From contig QPMI01000020.1 of NCBI GenBank assembly GCA_004431415.1, positions 1 through 30,753 on the forward strand: DNA of 30,753 bases, written 5' to 3'. The notes under the pieces are model-generated. The model ran no database searches and had not been told where the DNA came from. It saw nothing but the letters and a program-made list of their open reading frames with translations. The stretch comes from Cyanophora paradoxa CCMP329. Its lineage: Eukaryota > Plantae > Glaucophyta. Position 1 is the stretch's first letter; each line of letters begins with the position of its first letter. Below, in pieces: positions 1 to 11,270 of this stretch. Both the position numbers and the translations under genes were made by a program.

Positions 1-616
1 ACGTCGACGGTCGGGACTCCCGGAGTCCCGGCCGCGGTACCGCCGTACCGGTCAGGACTCCGGATCGATATCGACATCCGGATTTCGGATCCCGGCCCGG
101 CGGAGTCCCGGAGTCCCGGATCCGGATCCCGGAGTCCGAGACTCGGGAGTCGGGACTCGGCCCCGGTCACTCGGGAGTATCTTACTAGAAGTTACTGCTA
201 GTAACTTAGTAGTGAGTTACTAAAAACAAGTTACTAAGGTAACTAAGTTAGTATCATCATGCCATATGGCATCATCGATTCAGATCGAATATTAAAAAAT
301 ATTACTAAGTTAATATTAATAGGGGGTCGGGTTCGGCCGACCGTCGGGCCGGCGTCGGCCGCGGACCGCGCGCGAATTCGAACTTCGGCGGCTTACTAGT
401 TAAGCTTAAGCTTAATCATTGAATTACCGTAGTACTAGTATATAATATTAATTAAGCTTAGCTTCGGCCGAGCTAGTAGACTCAGTCGAGTCCGGGCCGA
501 TCGCGACCGGTACGTATACGTACGTACTATCATAGTATACTCGGCCGCCGGGCGTCCGACGGTCACGGGTCGCCGTCGACTCGCCGAGTGCCGCAGTGCG
601 TCCGACGCCCGGCGGC
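1..616. repeat. Low-complexity filler built from chained short palindromes
   Basis: Near-continuous GATC, TCGA, CCGG, TTAA, AAGCTT, TACGTA, CTAG and AGTACT words with local ccggga/gtccc and ttact/agtaa reiterations; no ORF. Confidence 0.75.
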
Positions 617-1143
617 TAGGGTTGCCGTTTAACGGTTTAAGCTTAAGTTTAAGCCTCCCCCACTTAAACTAAAAGTGCGCTTAAACTTAAGCGTTTAAGC
701 GCTTAAACTTAAGTCCATACAAGAGCACCCAGTATGATGAGGAAACAGACACCGATTCAATCTCAAACGCGCCACAGACATGCTAGAATGCCTTCCTGAC
801 GGATTTTAATCACTAAACACACGATTTTCCAGAAGTTTCAGTCAGTGAAGCTTCTGAAGGGGGGTATACGTAATCCTTTCTGAGGGAGACCCAGCCTCGA
901 AACTGGCAGTGTTGGGACCATTATGAATGCAGAGAAGTTTTATAGCCGATGGCGATGACATACAGCATGTTTTCTGCACATCTGACATCGTTTTGAGGGG
1001 GTTTCCGGGGGTTCTGCCCCCGGGATTCGAACCGGGGGTGTCCCCGTTTAAGCTTAAGTTTAAGCAGGCCGCTTAAACTAAAACTTAAACTTAACTTAAA
1101 CGCTTAAGTTTAAGTGCACTTGAACTTAAGCGCGGCAACCCTA
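617..1143. mobile_element. Non-autonomous hAT-superfamily DNA transposon (MITE), 527 bp
   Basis: Perfect 11-bp TIR TAGGGTTGCCG (617-627) / CGGCAACCCTA (1133-1143); identical 8-bp flanks CCGGCGGC at 609-616 and 1144-1151 (TSD); subterminal TTTAAG/CTTAAG/CTTAAA repeats at both ends; no transposase ORF. TAGGG ends plus an 8-bp TSD are typical of hAT. Confidence 0.92.
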
Positions 1144-1234
1144 CCGGCGGCCGTGACGGTCGAGCCTCGGAGACGGTCGATCACGAGTTGGCCCGGTGGC
1201 GTCGACGTCAACTACCGTATAACGCTAGTACTTA

Positions 1235-1395
1235 ATTAATGCGCCAGTAATCAATGCGTTTTTGGACCCGGACCCCTACATGGATATTAATGCGGTACCG
1301 AATTAATGCGGTTTGAAGCCTTTTGGCTGCTCTAAGGGGATACATACCGCAGTTTCTTAGCGTTTCGATATTAATGCGGTCCCAGCCGGGGTACG
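1235..1395. repeat. Cluster of ATTAATGCG(G) motifs, possibly a solitary DNA-transposon end
   Basis: ATTAATGCG at 1235, 1286, 1302 and 1370, plus ATCAATGCG at 1250, in non-palindromic sequence; no partner end found. Confidence 0.4.
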
Positions 1396-1790
1396 TTAAG
1401 CACCAAACTACGTACGCGTACGCGATACGTATACGTATACGTATACATGTACAGCTGCAGGAGATCTAGATCGATATCTAGCTGTATACGTACTGACTCA
1501 GTGATCATGCGGATCATCCGGGCCCGGGATTCATGCCATGATGATCAGTAGGTCCTAAATTGACTCCAGCTCCGATCCTCATTTATAATTATATGATACG
1601 CCGCCCAATAGGCTATACTATGATAGCTGCAGCTAAGCTCATGATCATGATCATCGACTGCTGATCACTGAGTCATGATCATGAGCTACTAGTACTGCTG
1701 CCCGGCGGCTATAGCTAGCGCTGGCGGTAACCATCGATATCAGATTAACTAAATATATTTTTCAATGCAATCGAAATTAAAGCCGGCGAC
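1396..1790. repeat. Low-complexity palindromic filler
   Basis: TACGTA, GATC, TCATGA, CAGCTG and CTAG chains like 1-616; abrupt switch to GC-rich genic DNA near 1800. Confidence 0.7.
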
Positions 1791-1965
1791 CTCACACTGG
1801 CTCACCGTGCACAGTGCTCACACCAAGCCCCAAAACCCGCGCCATGCACAGCGAGCCCACGTTTAACCCCAACCTCCTCGGGACCCTCGGCTCGCCGACT
1901 TGGCGAGTCGGTTGCCCCGGCCCGCCCCGCCGCCGGGCCGCGGCCGGGCCCGCCCGCGGCGCCCT

Positions 1966-3640
1966 TTACGAGCGCGCCCGCTTTGCCCCTGGCAGAGCGG
2001 CGTCCTCGCACGCGTAAACGCCCCCGCCCGCGGCCGCCCCGAGGCGCGCGGCAAAGGGGCAGGACGGCCAGAGGGCCGCCGGGGATCGCGCCGCCGGCGC
2101 CGGCGCCGGAGAAGCCTCCTCCGGACCCGCCCCGACGGGGCGGGCGGGAGCGGGCGCCCCCGCCCCCGCGCGCGCGCCGCCCGCCCCGCAGAGCGCTGCA
2201 AAGGGGCAGGGCGGCCAGAAGGCCGCCGCGGGCCGCGCCGGCGCCGGCGTCGTCGACGGCACCCGGACGGGGTCGCGCCGCTCCCCGCCGCGGGGCTCGG
2301 GGTGCGCGGGGCGGGGGCGGGCGCCGCCGCCGGCGCGCCGCACGATCCGAAGCGCGCCGCAAACGGGCAGCGCGGCCAGAGGATCGCCGGCTCGGCCGAG
2401 CCGCCGCCGCAGCCGTCGTCCTCGTCCTCCAGGATGCCGACCACCCGCGCCACGAACTTGAGGGCGGCCGCCGCCGCCTCCGCGCGCTCCCACCAGCGGT
2501 CCTGGGGTCCAGGCGCCCGCGGCGCACCCCGAGCACCGCCAGGCCGTCCAGCTCGCCCCGGGGGCGCTTCGACATCCGCTCGTCCCGCTCCGACAGGCGC
2601 ACCTGCCCGGGCCAGTCGCACTCGGCGAAGACGCCCGCCTTGAGCTGGCCCAGCAGCTTATCGAAGAAGCCGTCGCCTGCACGACGGGCGGGGTCGGCCG
2701 CGGGGTCGCGCCGGGGGAGACGGGCGGGCGCGGCACGTACCGTATGAGACGAGGATCTGCGCGCGGGGCGGGCGCGTTCGTCGGCGGCGGCGGCGCGCCG
2801 CGGGGGGGGGGGGTTGGGCGCGCGGGGCGCACCTCGTCGTCGTCGTAGATGCACTTTGTGGCGTGCAGCCAGGCCGTCTGCGTGTTGCCGTCTCCGGCGA
2901 TCGTGGCGTTGTTCCGCGCAAACGGATAGCCGTTGTTCGCCCAGCGGCCCGTAAAGATCGGGAGGGAGGCGTCGATGAGGCAGCTCGAGTTGATCTGGAA
3001 CACGAACCTGCGTAAACGGGCCCGCCCCCCGCCCGTGAGCGGCGCGCGCGGCGCCGGCGCCGGCGGCGAGGGAAAGCGCACGTCCACCGCCCGGTCTTCT
3101 GGAGCTGGGCCCACTGGTGCGTCGGGCAGACGATCTTCCGCCTGCGCGCGCGCGTCGACGTCGTCCGGCGAAAGCGAGGGTCCAAGGGGCGGCGCGGCGC
3201 ACCCGTCGTACGGGCAGATGCGCTTCCGGAGCTTTGGGTGAAAGACGAGGGCGCGGTACGCCGGGCCGAGGAGGGCGGCCCGCGCCCGCGCGGCCGGCGA
3301 AGCAACCGCGAACAGGCCCAGGGCGCCCGGGACCGCCCTGGAGGGCCCGACTCGTAGCTACGCAACAATCAGCCGCGCGGGAGGTGCCGGCCGCTCGCCG
3401 CGCGGCCCGCACCGAGGCTCGTTCGAGGTGGTCCGTGCACAGCGGCGTCCGGCACCCCGTGGACGCCCAGCATCCCCGCGCGGCGCAGCTACGGTACTGG
3501 ATCGGCAGCTGTGATGCCTCCAGTAACAGGCGGGCCGAAAGCTCGCCGAGCTTGTTCGTCGGGTCGCTCTCGCGGATGATCCGGGCGCGCACCGCGGCCT
3601 CGGCGCTAGAATGGCGGCCCGTCTGGGTGGGTCGCTGCAT
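1966..3640 (-). CDS. SET-domain lysine methyltransferase (viral/TE-type) with Cys/His pre-SET motif and C-terminal WPxCPFAA repeats
   Basis: In-phase GT-AG splicing of exons ..-3413, 3357-3203, 3141-3082, 3007-2833, 2756-2741 and 2676-.. gives CAARGCWASTGCRTPLCTDHLERAS-LRVGPSRAVPGALGLFA...ICPYDG...FVFQINSSCLIDASLPIFTGRWANNG...ATKCIYDDDE-ILVSY-GDGFF. These match SET motifs GxGLFA, IxxYxG, IDA..RxxN and EILVSYG. Stop at 1966-1968 inferred across frameshifts; 5' end uncertain (3640 may be an acceptor). Confidence 0.85.
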
Positions 3641-3685
3641 GGGGGCGCCCGCCGGCGCCCCGCGGCGTTGGGACGCGCAGGCCGT

Positions 3686-4720
3686 TTACGCGTACCCCCC
3701 TTCGACCAGGCCGCAGCTCGCAGGGCGGATGGAAGGGAACGGCCACAGCCGGCGCTGGGATTGGATCTCGGCGATCCGCGTGCCCTCGGTGGAGCAGACG
3801 TCGCCCGGCTTGCCCCGGAGCACTACGCGCTCGCTTCGATGAGCTCTACGCATTCGAACCCACGAAGCTGAAGGTGAGCGACGCCGCGCGCCTCCGTGAT
3901 GGCCGCGCGCGAACGCCGACCGCACTTCGCGCCATGACCGCAGGGAACCGTGGAGCAGCTCAAGCCGGCCCAGATCATTGCCTTGTCGAGTATGATCAGG
4001 GCGCAACTTGGAGCGCGTGCGTCGGCCCGTCCGGGCCCCGCGCGCCGGTTGCTGACGGTGCTATCAGAATGCGCAGCGCTCGCCGACCCCGCGTAAACAG
4101 CCTCTTCAGTCGCTGCCCGAAAGGATCGCACGTCGTCGCCTCGTGCGGCGCTGTGGATTGCGCCGATCCCCGGAACGTTCTCTGCCCGGGGTGCGAGTCG
4201 ACCATGTCCGAGCATGCGCCGTTTACCAGCAATGCCGCTCGCGAAGAGCTACCATGCGACCGCCGTTCCATTAAAGTTCCGAATTGGAGTTCTTTGATCC
4301 CCCCACACGGTGGGAGACGCGACGGCGGTCCCGAGCTCGCGGACATTGCCTCGGTCGTCAAGCCAAGGCCGGCGAAGCCCCCCGGCGGCGGACCCGGTGG
4401 CGAAGCGTCGGCGCGGCCGCGACGCGCCGTAAATGCGCGCCCGTTCCCGCCAGCCCGGCGGCCCATCGGCTCCCACTCCCAAGCCATCAACCCTGGCGGC
4501 GGCGGCGCGACCGGAGATGGCAAGCGGCAGGAGACCCCGGCACCGCGGCGGCCGCCGGCGCCGCGCGCGCGGCGGCTCCGGCATCGGCTCCAAGTACGCG
4601 CCGGGTTCTGGCAAACCGCAGCCGTCTCATTCGAACCGCCGCGCAGGCCGGAGCCGGGAAGTACACTTCAAGGACACGAAGGCGGTCAGCGGTGCTTGAT
4701 AAGATGACGAGCCGTAGTTG
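3686..4720 (-). CDS. Probable upstream exons of the SET gene or a separate hypothetical protein (frameshifted)
   Basis: Protein-like minus-strand segments in shifting frames (VPGIGAIHSAARGDDVRSFRAATEEAVYAG; CALIILDKAMIWAGLSCSTV; VVLRGKPGDVCSTEGTRIAEIQ) and a gtacgc...tgcag intron linking to ~3634. Function not recognised. Confidence 0.3.
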
Positions 4721-4757
4721 AGGGCGACGATCTGTCCGCCTCCGGCCACGCTCGCGA

Positions 4758-7006
4758 ATGCATACAACGGCTCGGCTACGACATCTCCAAGTGGTGCCTC
4801 ATTTCCTTTTCCCCTCTTCCACGCGCGAGCGAGAGCACCCGGCGCGCAGCGATCCGCACCCGTCAGTTCTCAAGGACGAAGACGAAGACGAGAGCGAGGA
4901 AATGAGGAGAGAGAAGGACGAGAAGAAGGAGGAGGACGACGAGAAGCCCCCACCACAAGCGCCACGGCGACCACGCCCTCGCAATCGAAGGAGGAGTGAA
5001 GTCGGCGCCCGGACCAGCGTATGCACCTTTCTCCACGTTTGCTAACCGGGCGCGCAGGCTGCGAAACGAAAGGCGGGCGGCGACGGCGACAGCGGCCGTC
5101 GACGTCGCGAGGGCGGGACATGGCGGTGCTTCCGGCTCGAAGCCGGCGCGGGGTGCGAACCCGCCCGCCCCGGTTCTCGCCGCATTCTCACGTGAGAGCC
5201 GATCCAGAGGCCGCGGCGGCAAAGCACAGGCATCTTCGGGATCGCAAGGGCGCCAGGAATCGCTGGAGGACATCGGGATCAAGCTCAACGCTCCGACATC
5301 GTGGACGAACCACGTTGTGCGTCCTGTTCATTATCGATCCTCAACTTGCGTTTACCAACAGGCCTCGCCGAGCAGAAAGGAGTCGTTCGAGACGAAGACC
5401 TTCCTCAGGGGTTTTAAAAGCGCGGAACTGATCGAGAGAATCACGAACCACCTCCGACGGTCCACGCAAAGTTCCCCTCGATCGAAGGATCAGTGGGACG
5501 GTCGCAAAGGCCTCGTCTCCCTCTTCATCCTCATCGGCGACCACCTCGGCTGGCCCGCCATCCACCCGTGCGTCCCGTTGGAACCGCCGTGTTATCACTC
5601 TCATCATCGGTTTGACCCACCTTGCGTCATCAGTGGGCAGAATCTTACAAAAGGTTCCACAAGATTCAAGAGCAAGGGAAGCTCGGCGAGACCTTGTGCG
5701 CACCCCAGCGCAAGTCCCGTCAGCTTGTATTACCATCGTTCTCATACAGCTGGAGGCCTACCGGGTAGCCGAAGAGCTCGAAGAGATGAGGAGAACGACG
5801 ACGGCGGTGCAGGTAAACGTGGCCGTTTACCATTCTTTCCTTTCCCTCCCCACTCCGCGGCTCTTTACTCGCCCTTCGTCGATAACTAGGTGGTGAGGAG
5901 GAGGAGGCGGAGAGGCGGCGGCGGAACCGGCGGAGGAGGCGGAGGAGGAGGAGGAGGTCAAGAAGAAGGGCAAGGGCGGGAAAACCGACCGGCCGTGCGA
6001 AGCCGCCCCGCGTCGCCGCGCCCCACTCGCGCTCGAATCAACCTTGCCCAGGAGTATGCCGCCCCCGCCCCCGCCAACCCGCACGCAAGCCCCGCCGCCG
6101 CTCCGAGCGCCAGGTCCGTCTCCATTGATCCCTCCCCGGCATCTCCTACCCCTCCAACGCTGGCCGCAGCGGCGCCGGCAGTTCAAAAAAGAGCCGCGGG
6201 CGACGAGGGGGAAAGCCGCCCGAAAGCGATCCCGCGGAAGGTACAAGGGCGAGCGCGGAGGCGGCGAGATCGAACGCGACGCCCCGTCCACGTCCGCCCC
6301 GCGCCCGACCCGCGCTCGTTCGACTTTCCGATCCCGCCCGCATCGCGCAGGCCGGCGGCGAGCGCGCGTCGGGGCCGGCGTCTGCGGCCAGCAAGGCTCG
6401 CGGCGGCATCGCCCGTGGCGCGCCTGCGGCAGCGACTCCAGTGCGTCGCCCGCGTGCACGCCCCCGCCCCGTTCCGCCCGGCCCGCCCCGCCCGCCCCCC
6501 GGCCTCCGCCCGCCCCGCCCGGCCGGCCCACCCAGGCCCGCCCTGCCTCCCCGCCCGCCCGCCCTCACGAGCCGGGCGCACGCACAGGGCCCAAGACGCG
6601 GCTGCGACCCCCAGCCCAAAGAGGGTGCGCCCTTCCCCACCACCCCGCCGCCACAGTTTACAACAGGACCGACGCAGATGCCGGCGATCGCGGGGGGCCC
6701 CGGGTCCGTCCGGCACCATGGTGCACTCGCTTGGCGTGCATTTTGGCGTAGACGACAGCCGCGTGCTTACGCCAGCACGCGCAGGTCCTCGTGGACCAGA
6801 AGAGAAAAATATGCTCGAGCGGTTCAGGAAGAGAAGAGACAGCTGCGCGCGGAGGCCCGCGCCGGAAGCAAAGGACCGACGGCTCGGCCAGCAAGCTCGG
6901 CGTCAATGCAGCCGCGCCGTCCGAGCTAGAGTCGGTGGAGAACGCCCCGACGACGCGTAGGCGGCGCCGCGCTTGCACGCCCTCTAGGCTTCGATTTAGG
7001 ATCTGA
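4758..7006 (+). CDS. Multi-exon hypothetical protein, acidic/basic low complexity; weak SAP-like helix
   Basis: Series of short GT-AG introns (about 5019-5057, 5317-5361, 5568-5633, 5714-5749, 5813-5889) joining segments such as KDEDEDESEEMRREKDEKKEEDDEK, FLRGFKSAELIERITNHLRR and LEAYRVAEELEEMRR; frameshifts obscure the 3' half. Confidence 0.45.
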
Positions 7007-8900
7007 GAATTCAGCCCGTGCCGCCCGCTCGGAAACCCGTCGAAAGCCGCCGCCGCTTGCCGCGGCGCGATCCATTGCATGATCACCACCGCTCGCTAGA
7101 TGGAGGGGATGATGGACTGCCGGCCGTCCTCTAGATCCCACGGCGCCTGTCTCGCCCGGGGCGCGCGCCGCGACGGCCGCCTTCATACCGATCGCGCCCG
7201 AGGCGGGCTGCGCGGAGCGTGGTCGTTGCGGGGCAGGCGGGCGGAGAGACTCGCGCGGACCTTGATCGCGGCGGGCACGGATGAACGGCCGCGCCGGAGG
7301 GCCGCGACGCGGGCGGGCTGCGTCTTCCCGGGCCTCTACGCATCCGGAATAGGCTCTAGCTCGCGTGCGCGCCGCGCAAGCCTGCGGAGACGAGTTGGTG
7401 GGGCGGGCGTGTGAGGAACGGGCGGGGCCGCGCACCGTCTGCAAAGGCGCGGCGGGGTGGACCGGCGGTCGACGAGGGGATGCGCAGGGGTTCTAGGATG
7501 CCCTGGAGCGCAACGGGATCGTCAGGGCGACCGCCGCGGGCTCGCGCAGCCGAGGGAGACGCGAACCAAAGGTGGACCCGCGGGCCGCCGCGCGTCTCCG
7601 CACTCCTGATCGTCCGAGGAAAGAATCTTTCTCGCTCCGAAGAGGCGCGGGGCCGAGGAGGGGCTAGCTACAGCGCCGCACGCACGCGAGCGGCCGCTGC
7701 CGCGCCGCGTCGGGGCGAGCGGCCGGGGCGATCAGCACCCGTGGAGGCACGAAAGAAGCCGCAGGAAGCGTGCAGGGACGGCCGGGCGGGCGACGGGCGC
7801 GATGCGAGAGGCGCGGGCGGGCTCGCCGGATTCGTCGGCTTCGTCGCCAGCTAGAGGATTGAGAGGCCTCCATGTCCTCGGAGCGCGGTCGGCGAGGTCG
7901 GAGCGGTCGCTGCGATCCGCCGGCTCGGATTGCGGCCCGAGGCGATGGAGGGACTCTACGCACCCTCAAACTCCTCTGACAATGCCTGAACGCTGCTAGC
8001 CGGCGAGCGTGCGACTTGAAAGGCCTCGTTTGCCGACGTTTGGCGCACGGGGGTACACGTATTCCATTTCTCACCGGCAGGACCGCCGCGGCGGCGCGCT
8101 ACCGATTCGGCCGTCGGCATGCTCTCGCACGCGATCCACCGCACGCTTCGCCGTAGCTAGCCGCTGCGATCGCAGGTTTGCGCCGCCACACCATCCCGTT
8201 CGATCGCTGCGGCATCGACCGTGCGATCCAGGTCGCTTGGATCGTGCGGACCTGCTCGGGACACCGGATTCCCCGCCGCCTCGCGCTTGTAATTGGCCCA
8301 CGTGCACGCAGCCTCGGCGGCGGTTCACGACGAGCCGACGGGGCGGACGCCAGGCGTACGATGGACATCGTCTAGACGGCGGACGCGGCACGGGTGCGAG
8401 GCGCGCCTCCCGTGGGCGCTCGCTCGACGCTTCCTGACTCGCGGCCCGCGCTCGCACCCGCCCGGCCGGCGCGTGCGCAGATCGCCCGCCGTCGCGCCGG
8501 ACAGCAAAGGCGCCCGCCGCGCCGCGAACCGCCCGCGCTCCTCGTCCCAGGCGCTGCAAGGAGCCCTCGCCCGGGCCGCCCGCCGCGCCTCTGCCCGTGA
8601 AGTGCGAACGCTTACTCTTTCGCATTCGCGCGACCTGAAAGGGGCCGGTTTCTGCACGCGCAGGTCTGCGCCGCGGCCGCTTCCGCGCTTCGGCGGCGGG
8701 CCGGCGGGGAGAGCACGACAACGACGGGCGGATCGCACGGCGGGGCGCGTCGATGGGCACCGGCGCCGGGGCGCGGGTGGGCGGGCGCGGGCGTCCGTCG
8801 GCCTCCATCTGCCCCACCAGCGCCGTCGTCGTCGGCGCGGCGCGGACCGGTTCGAGCCTCTTCTTATGCGTCGCGCCCGTCCTCCTCACGCCCTCGCTCA
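7000..8900 (-). other. Unresolved, frameshifted coding-like region (3' extension of the YR gene or a separate gene)
   Basis: Protein-like minus-strand fragments (EKWNTCTPVRQTSANEAFQVARSPASSVQALSEEFEG; VVIMQWIAPRQAAAAFDGFP) and intron-like gtgcgt...ag stretches; no domain recognised. Confidence 0.25.
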
Positions 8901-11270
8901 GTTCTTGGGCGGCGGCCGCGGCGGCGGCCGGTGGCGCTCCCGCGCCTCCCGGCGGTGCGCCGCGGCGGGCCTCGGGGCGGCCGCGCCGAGCCGCTGCATG
9001 ACTCCTCGGCAGACGTCGTCACGTCGATCGCCCCGTTCGTCGCGCGGTACTCGACGGGCACCGCCGCGCGCGGTAGGTGTAATCGTCCGGCCGCCTCGTT
9101 CGAGGGCGTCCAGAGCGTGCCGAACCTGCGCAGAACGACGAGCGGTTCTCCTGCTGGCCGAGGCGAGCCCACCGTCGCGTGAGCCTCGCAAGACCGTCGT
9201 GGTAAGAGGTCGCCCGCCGAGTCACCATCGCCGCCACGACGCTCCGCGCAGGCATGGGGCTCGGCGTGATCAGGCGTATGTGCCAGGGGCCGGCGGAGGC
9301 GCCATCTCCTCCGCTCGCGCGGCGCCGGCGGCCGGCGGCCGCGCGGGGCGACCCCGCTTCGGAGCTCGTCCAACCCTCGCCCTCGTCTTCCGCGGCGGTC
9401 CCGGACGCCACGTCCCGCCGCCGCGGCGCGCTCGCGGCGCGGGGCCTTGGCGTCGGATCCTCCTCTCCTCTTCTCCTCATCCTCTCGTCGTCGTCGTCGC
9501 TCCGACGCGCGCCTTGGCGTGCGCGGCGAGCAACGATGGCGGAGATGCTCTGGGGTCCGAAGATGCGTCGGCACTCGGGACACCAGCGCCCTCGGCGCGG
9601 GCGAGCTCGCGCTCGACGCGCAGGCCCTCCTTCAGCTCCTCGAGCTCCGCCGTCTCGCTCTCCGAGCTCCGCCCTCCTCCCGTCGTCCGAGGCGGCGGCG
9701 GCGGCGGCGCCGGCGGCGGCGCCGGGCTCGCCTTCCCCTCCTCCCGTCCCGTCCGACGAAGACCGCCCTCCGGCCCTCGAGCGCGGCAACCGTCGGCTTC
9801 TCGAGTTCGCCGGCGGCGCGCTCGAGCCAGGCCAGCGCCACGCACGCCTCTTGCCGGTGAGCGGCGGGGCCGGGGTGCGGGGCGGGGCGGCGCACCTCGC
9901 GCTGCGTCTTATTGCAATCGTGTGCATCGTCGCCGTCCGCGGGGTGTGCTGGAGGAGGCGCGCCGTCCTCGATGATGCTGTGCAGACGTCGCCTCGATCC
10001 GCCCTGGGCCGCCTGATCGCGCACCAGGTCGTCACGACGGCGCGCATCGTCCGCGGCGGCACGGCGACGCCGTCCAGCGGCTCATGGCCTGCGCCGGGTG
10101 AGCCCGCCCCGCGCCGGCGGCGCGCCTCGCCTCACTGTTTCGCGAACAGGGTCCAGGACCCGCGGCGAAACGCATCGCCGCCGGAGGTGAAGAAGATGTA
10201 CCCCTGGTCCTTGGCGCCCTCGCTCAACAGGTGACGCCGGAAGCTCTCACGTACTCTGTTAGCGGCTCTGACGCGCCGCGCGGCAGCGGTCGACGGAGCG
10301 CGCGCGGGCGGGCGGGGCGCGCACCTGGAGCTGCTGGGCGACCGGACGATCACGGCGCCGTGCCGCTTCTGCGGATGGGGGCGTCGGCGGCGCGCGTCCG
10401 GCGCGGCGCGGCGGGAGGCCCCGCACCGCCGTCTTGTGGGTGAGCGCGCCCTCCTCGGAGCCGTCTGGATCCGCATGCTCAGGATCGACATGTTCCACCG
10501 ACCGTTGTCCTTGCGCAGCGTCTCGCCGATCTTCAGGTGCTGAGGAGGCCCGGCCGCGCCGGCTGATCGAAAGGAACCAAGCAAGAGAGATTCCTCAGGT
10601 ACTTCGCCTTTTGCCGCGGCCGCTCCTCGGAGCGAAACGCGGCGTAGGCTCGACGCGCCGCGAACGACGTCCTCGAAGCGGACCCACGTTTTCTCGTTCT
10701 CCACTTCCGTTCCGCCTTGGACTCGGCGACGAGCTGGTTCTGAGGGTGCGCGCGGCGCGTCGGCGCGCCCCCGGGGGCGGCGGCGCGGGGCGGGAGGAAG
10801 CTCACCGCAGGTTGCGCAGGGCCTGACCGTGCGGGCCCTCGCTCCCCGCCGGCGCGCCGCCCGTCCCGCGACAAAGGCGGCGAGGTTGATGAGGGTGGAG
10901 GCGTAGCTCACGAGCGTCCGGGCAGCGTGCCCCGCTCCTCGCGCAGGAACCTGCCGCGGCGTTTGGTAAACGCCCCCGCACCCCCCTCCACCGCGCCCGC
11001 CGCCCGCCTCACTTGAAGAAACGAAGCACGATTTCGACCGCGTCGACCCGGCTCATCAGATCGAGGTGAGCTCGCCCTCCAGCCCTCGCGCATGCGGACG
11101 TAGCCCAGCAGCCGCTGAATGATGCCAGTCGTTCGCCAGGCTCGAGTTTCGACGGCGTGCCCTTGCGCGAGGCGTTCAACGGTGCCTGTCTCCACTCCCG
11201 ATAGGCCGCGAGCTGCAGTTTCAGGCCCGACTAAACGCGCCCTCGTGCAGGGCGTACGGCTGCCGCGCCT
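8900..11270 (-). CDS. Tyrosine recombinase (phage-integrase fold), intron-containing, frameshifted
   Basis: Ordered motifs: N-terminal PYALHEG..LQLAAYREWRQAPLNASR..IIQRLLGYVR; catalytic Arg in PARPGLLSTLKIGETL (~10555); Lys in HKTA (~10430-10439); GYIFFTSGGDAF; PRTMRAVVTTW (HxxR-equivalent, ~10045); ARLLQHTPRTATMH-[Y]DCNKTQRE (His 9946-9948). The nucleophilic Tyr needs one T restored at 9921/9922. 3' end approximate. Confidence 0.8.

Noticed and set aside
960-1046. Complete tRNA gene
   Set aside because: Only a T-arm/B-box-like piece; no cloverleaf could be built.
3874-4707. + strand ORF with SHVVASCGAVDCADP, reminiscent of a His-Cys box/HNH nuclease
   Set aside because: Lacks the NPxHL core; the opposite strand looks more protein-like and leads into the SET gene, so it is probably an antisense shadow.
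8293-10234. Long Arg/Pro/Ala-rich + strand ORFs (560 aa, 326 aa) and similar ORF-track entries elsewhere
   Set aside because: Expected in very GC-rich DNA with few stops; they lie antisense to motif-bearing genes.
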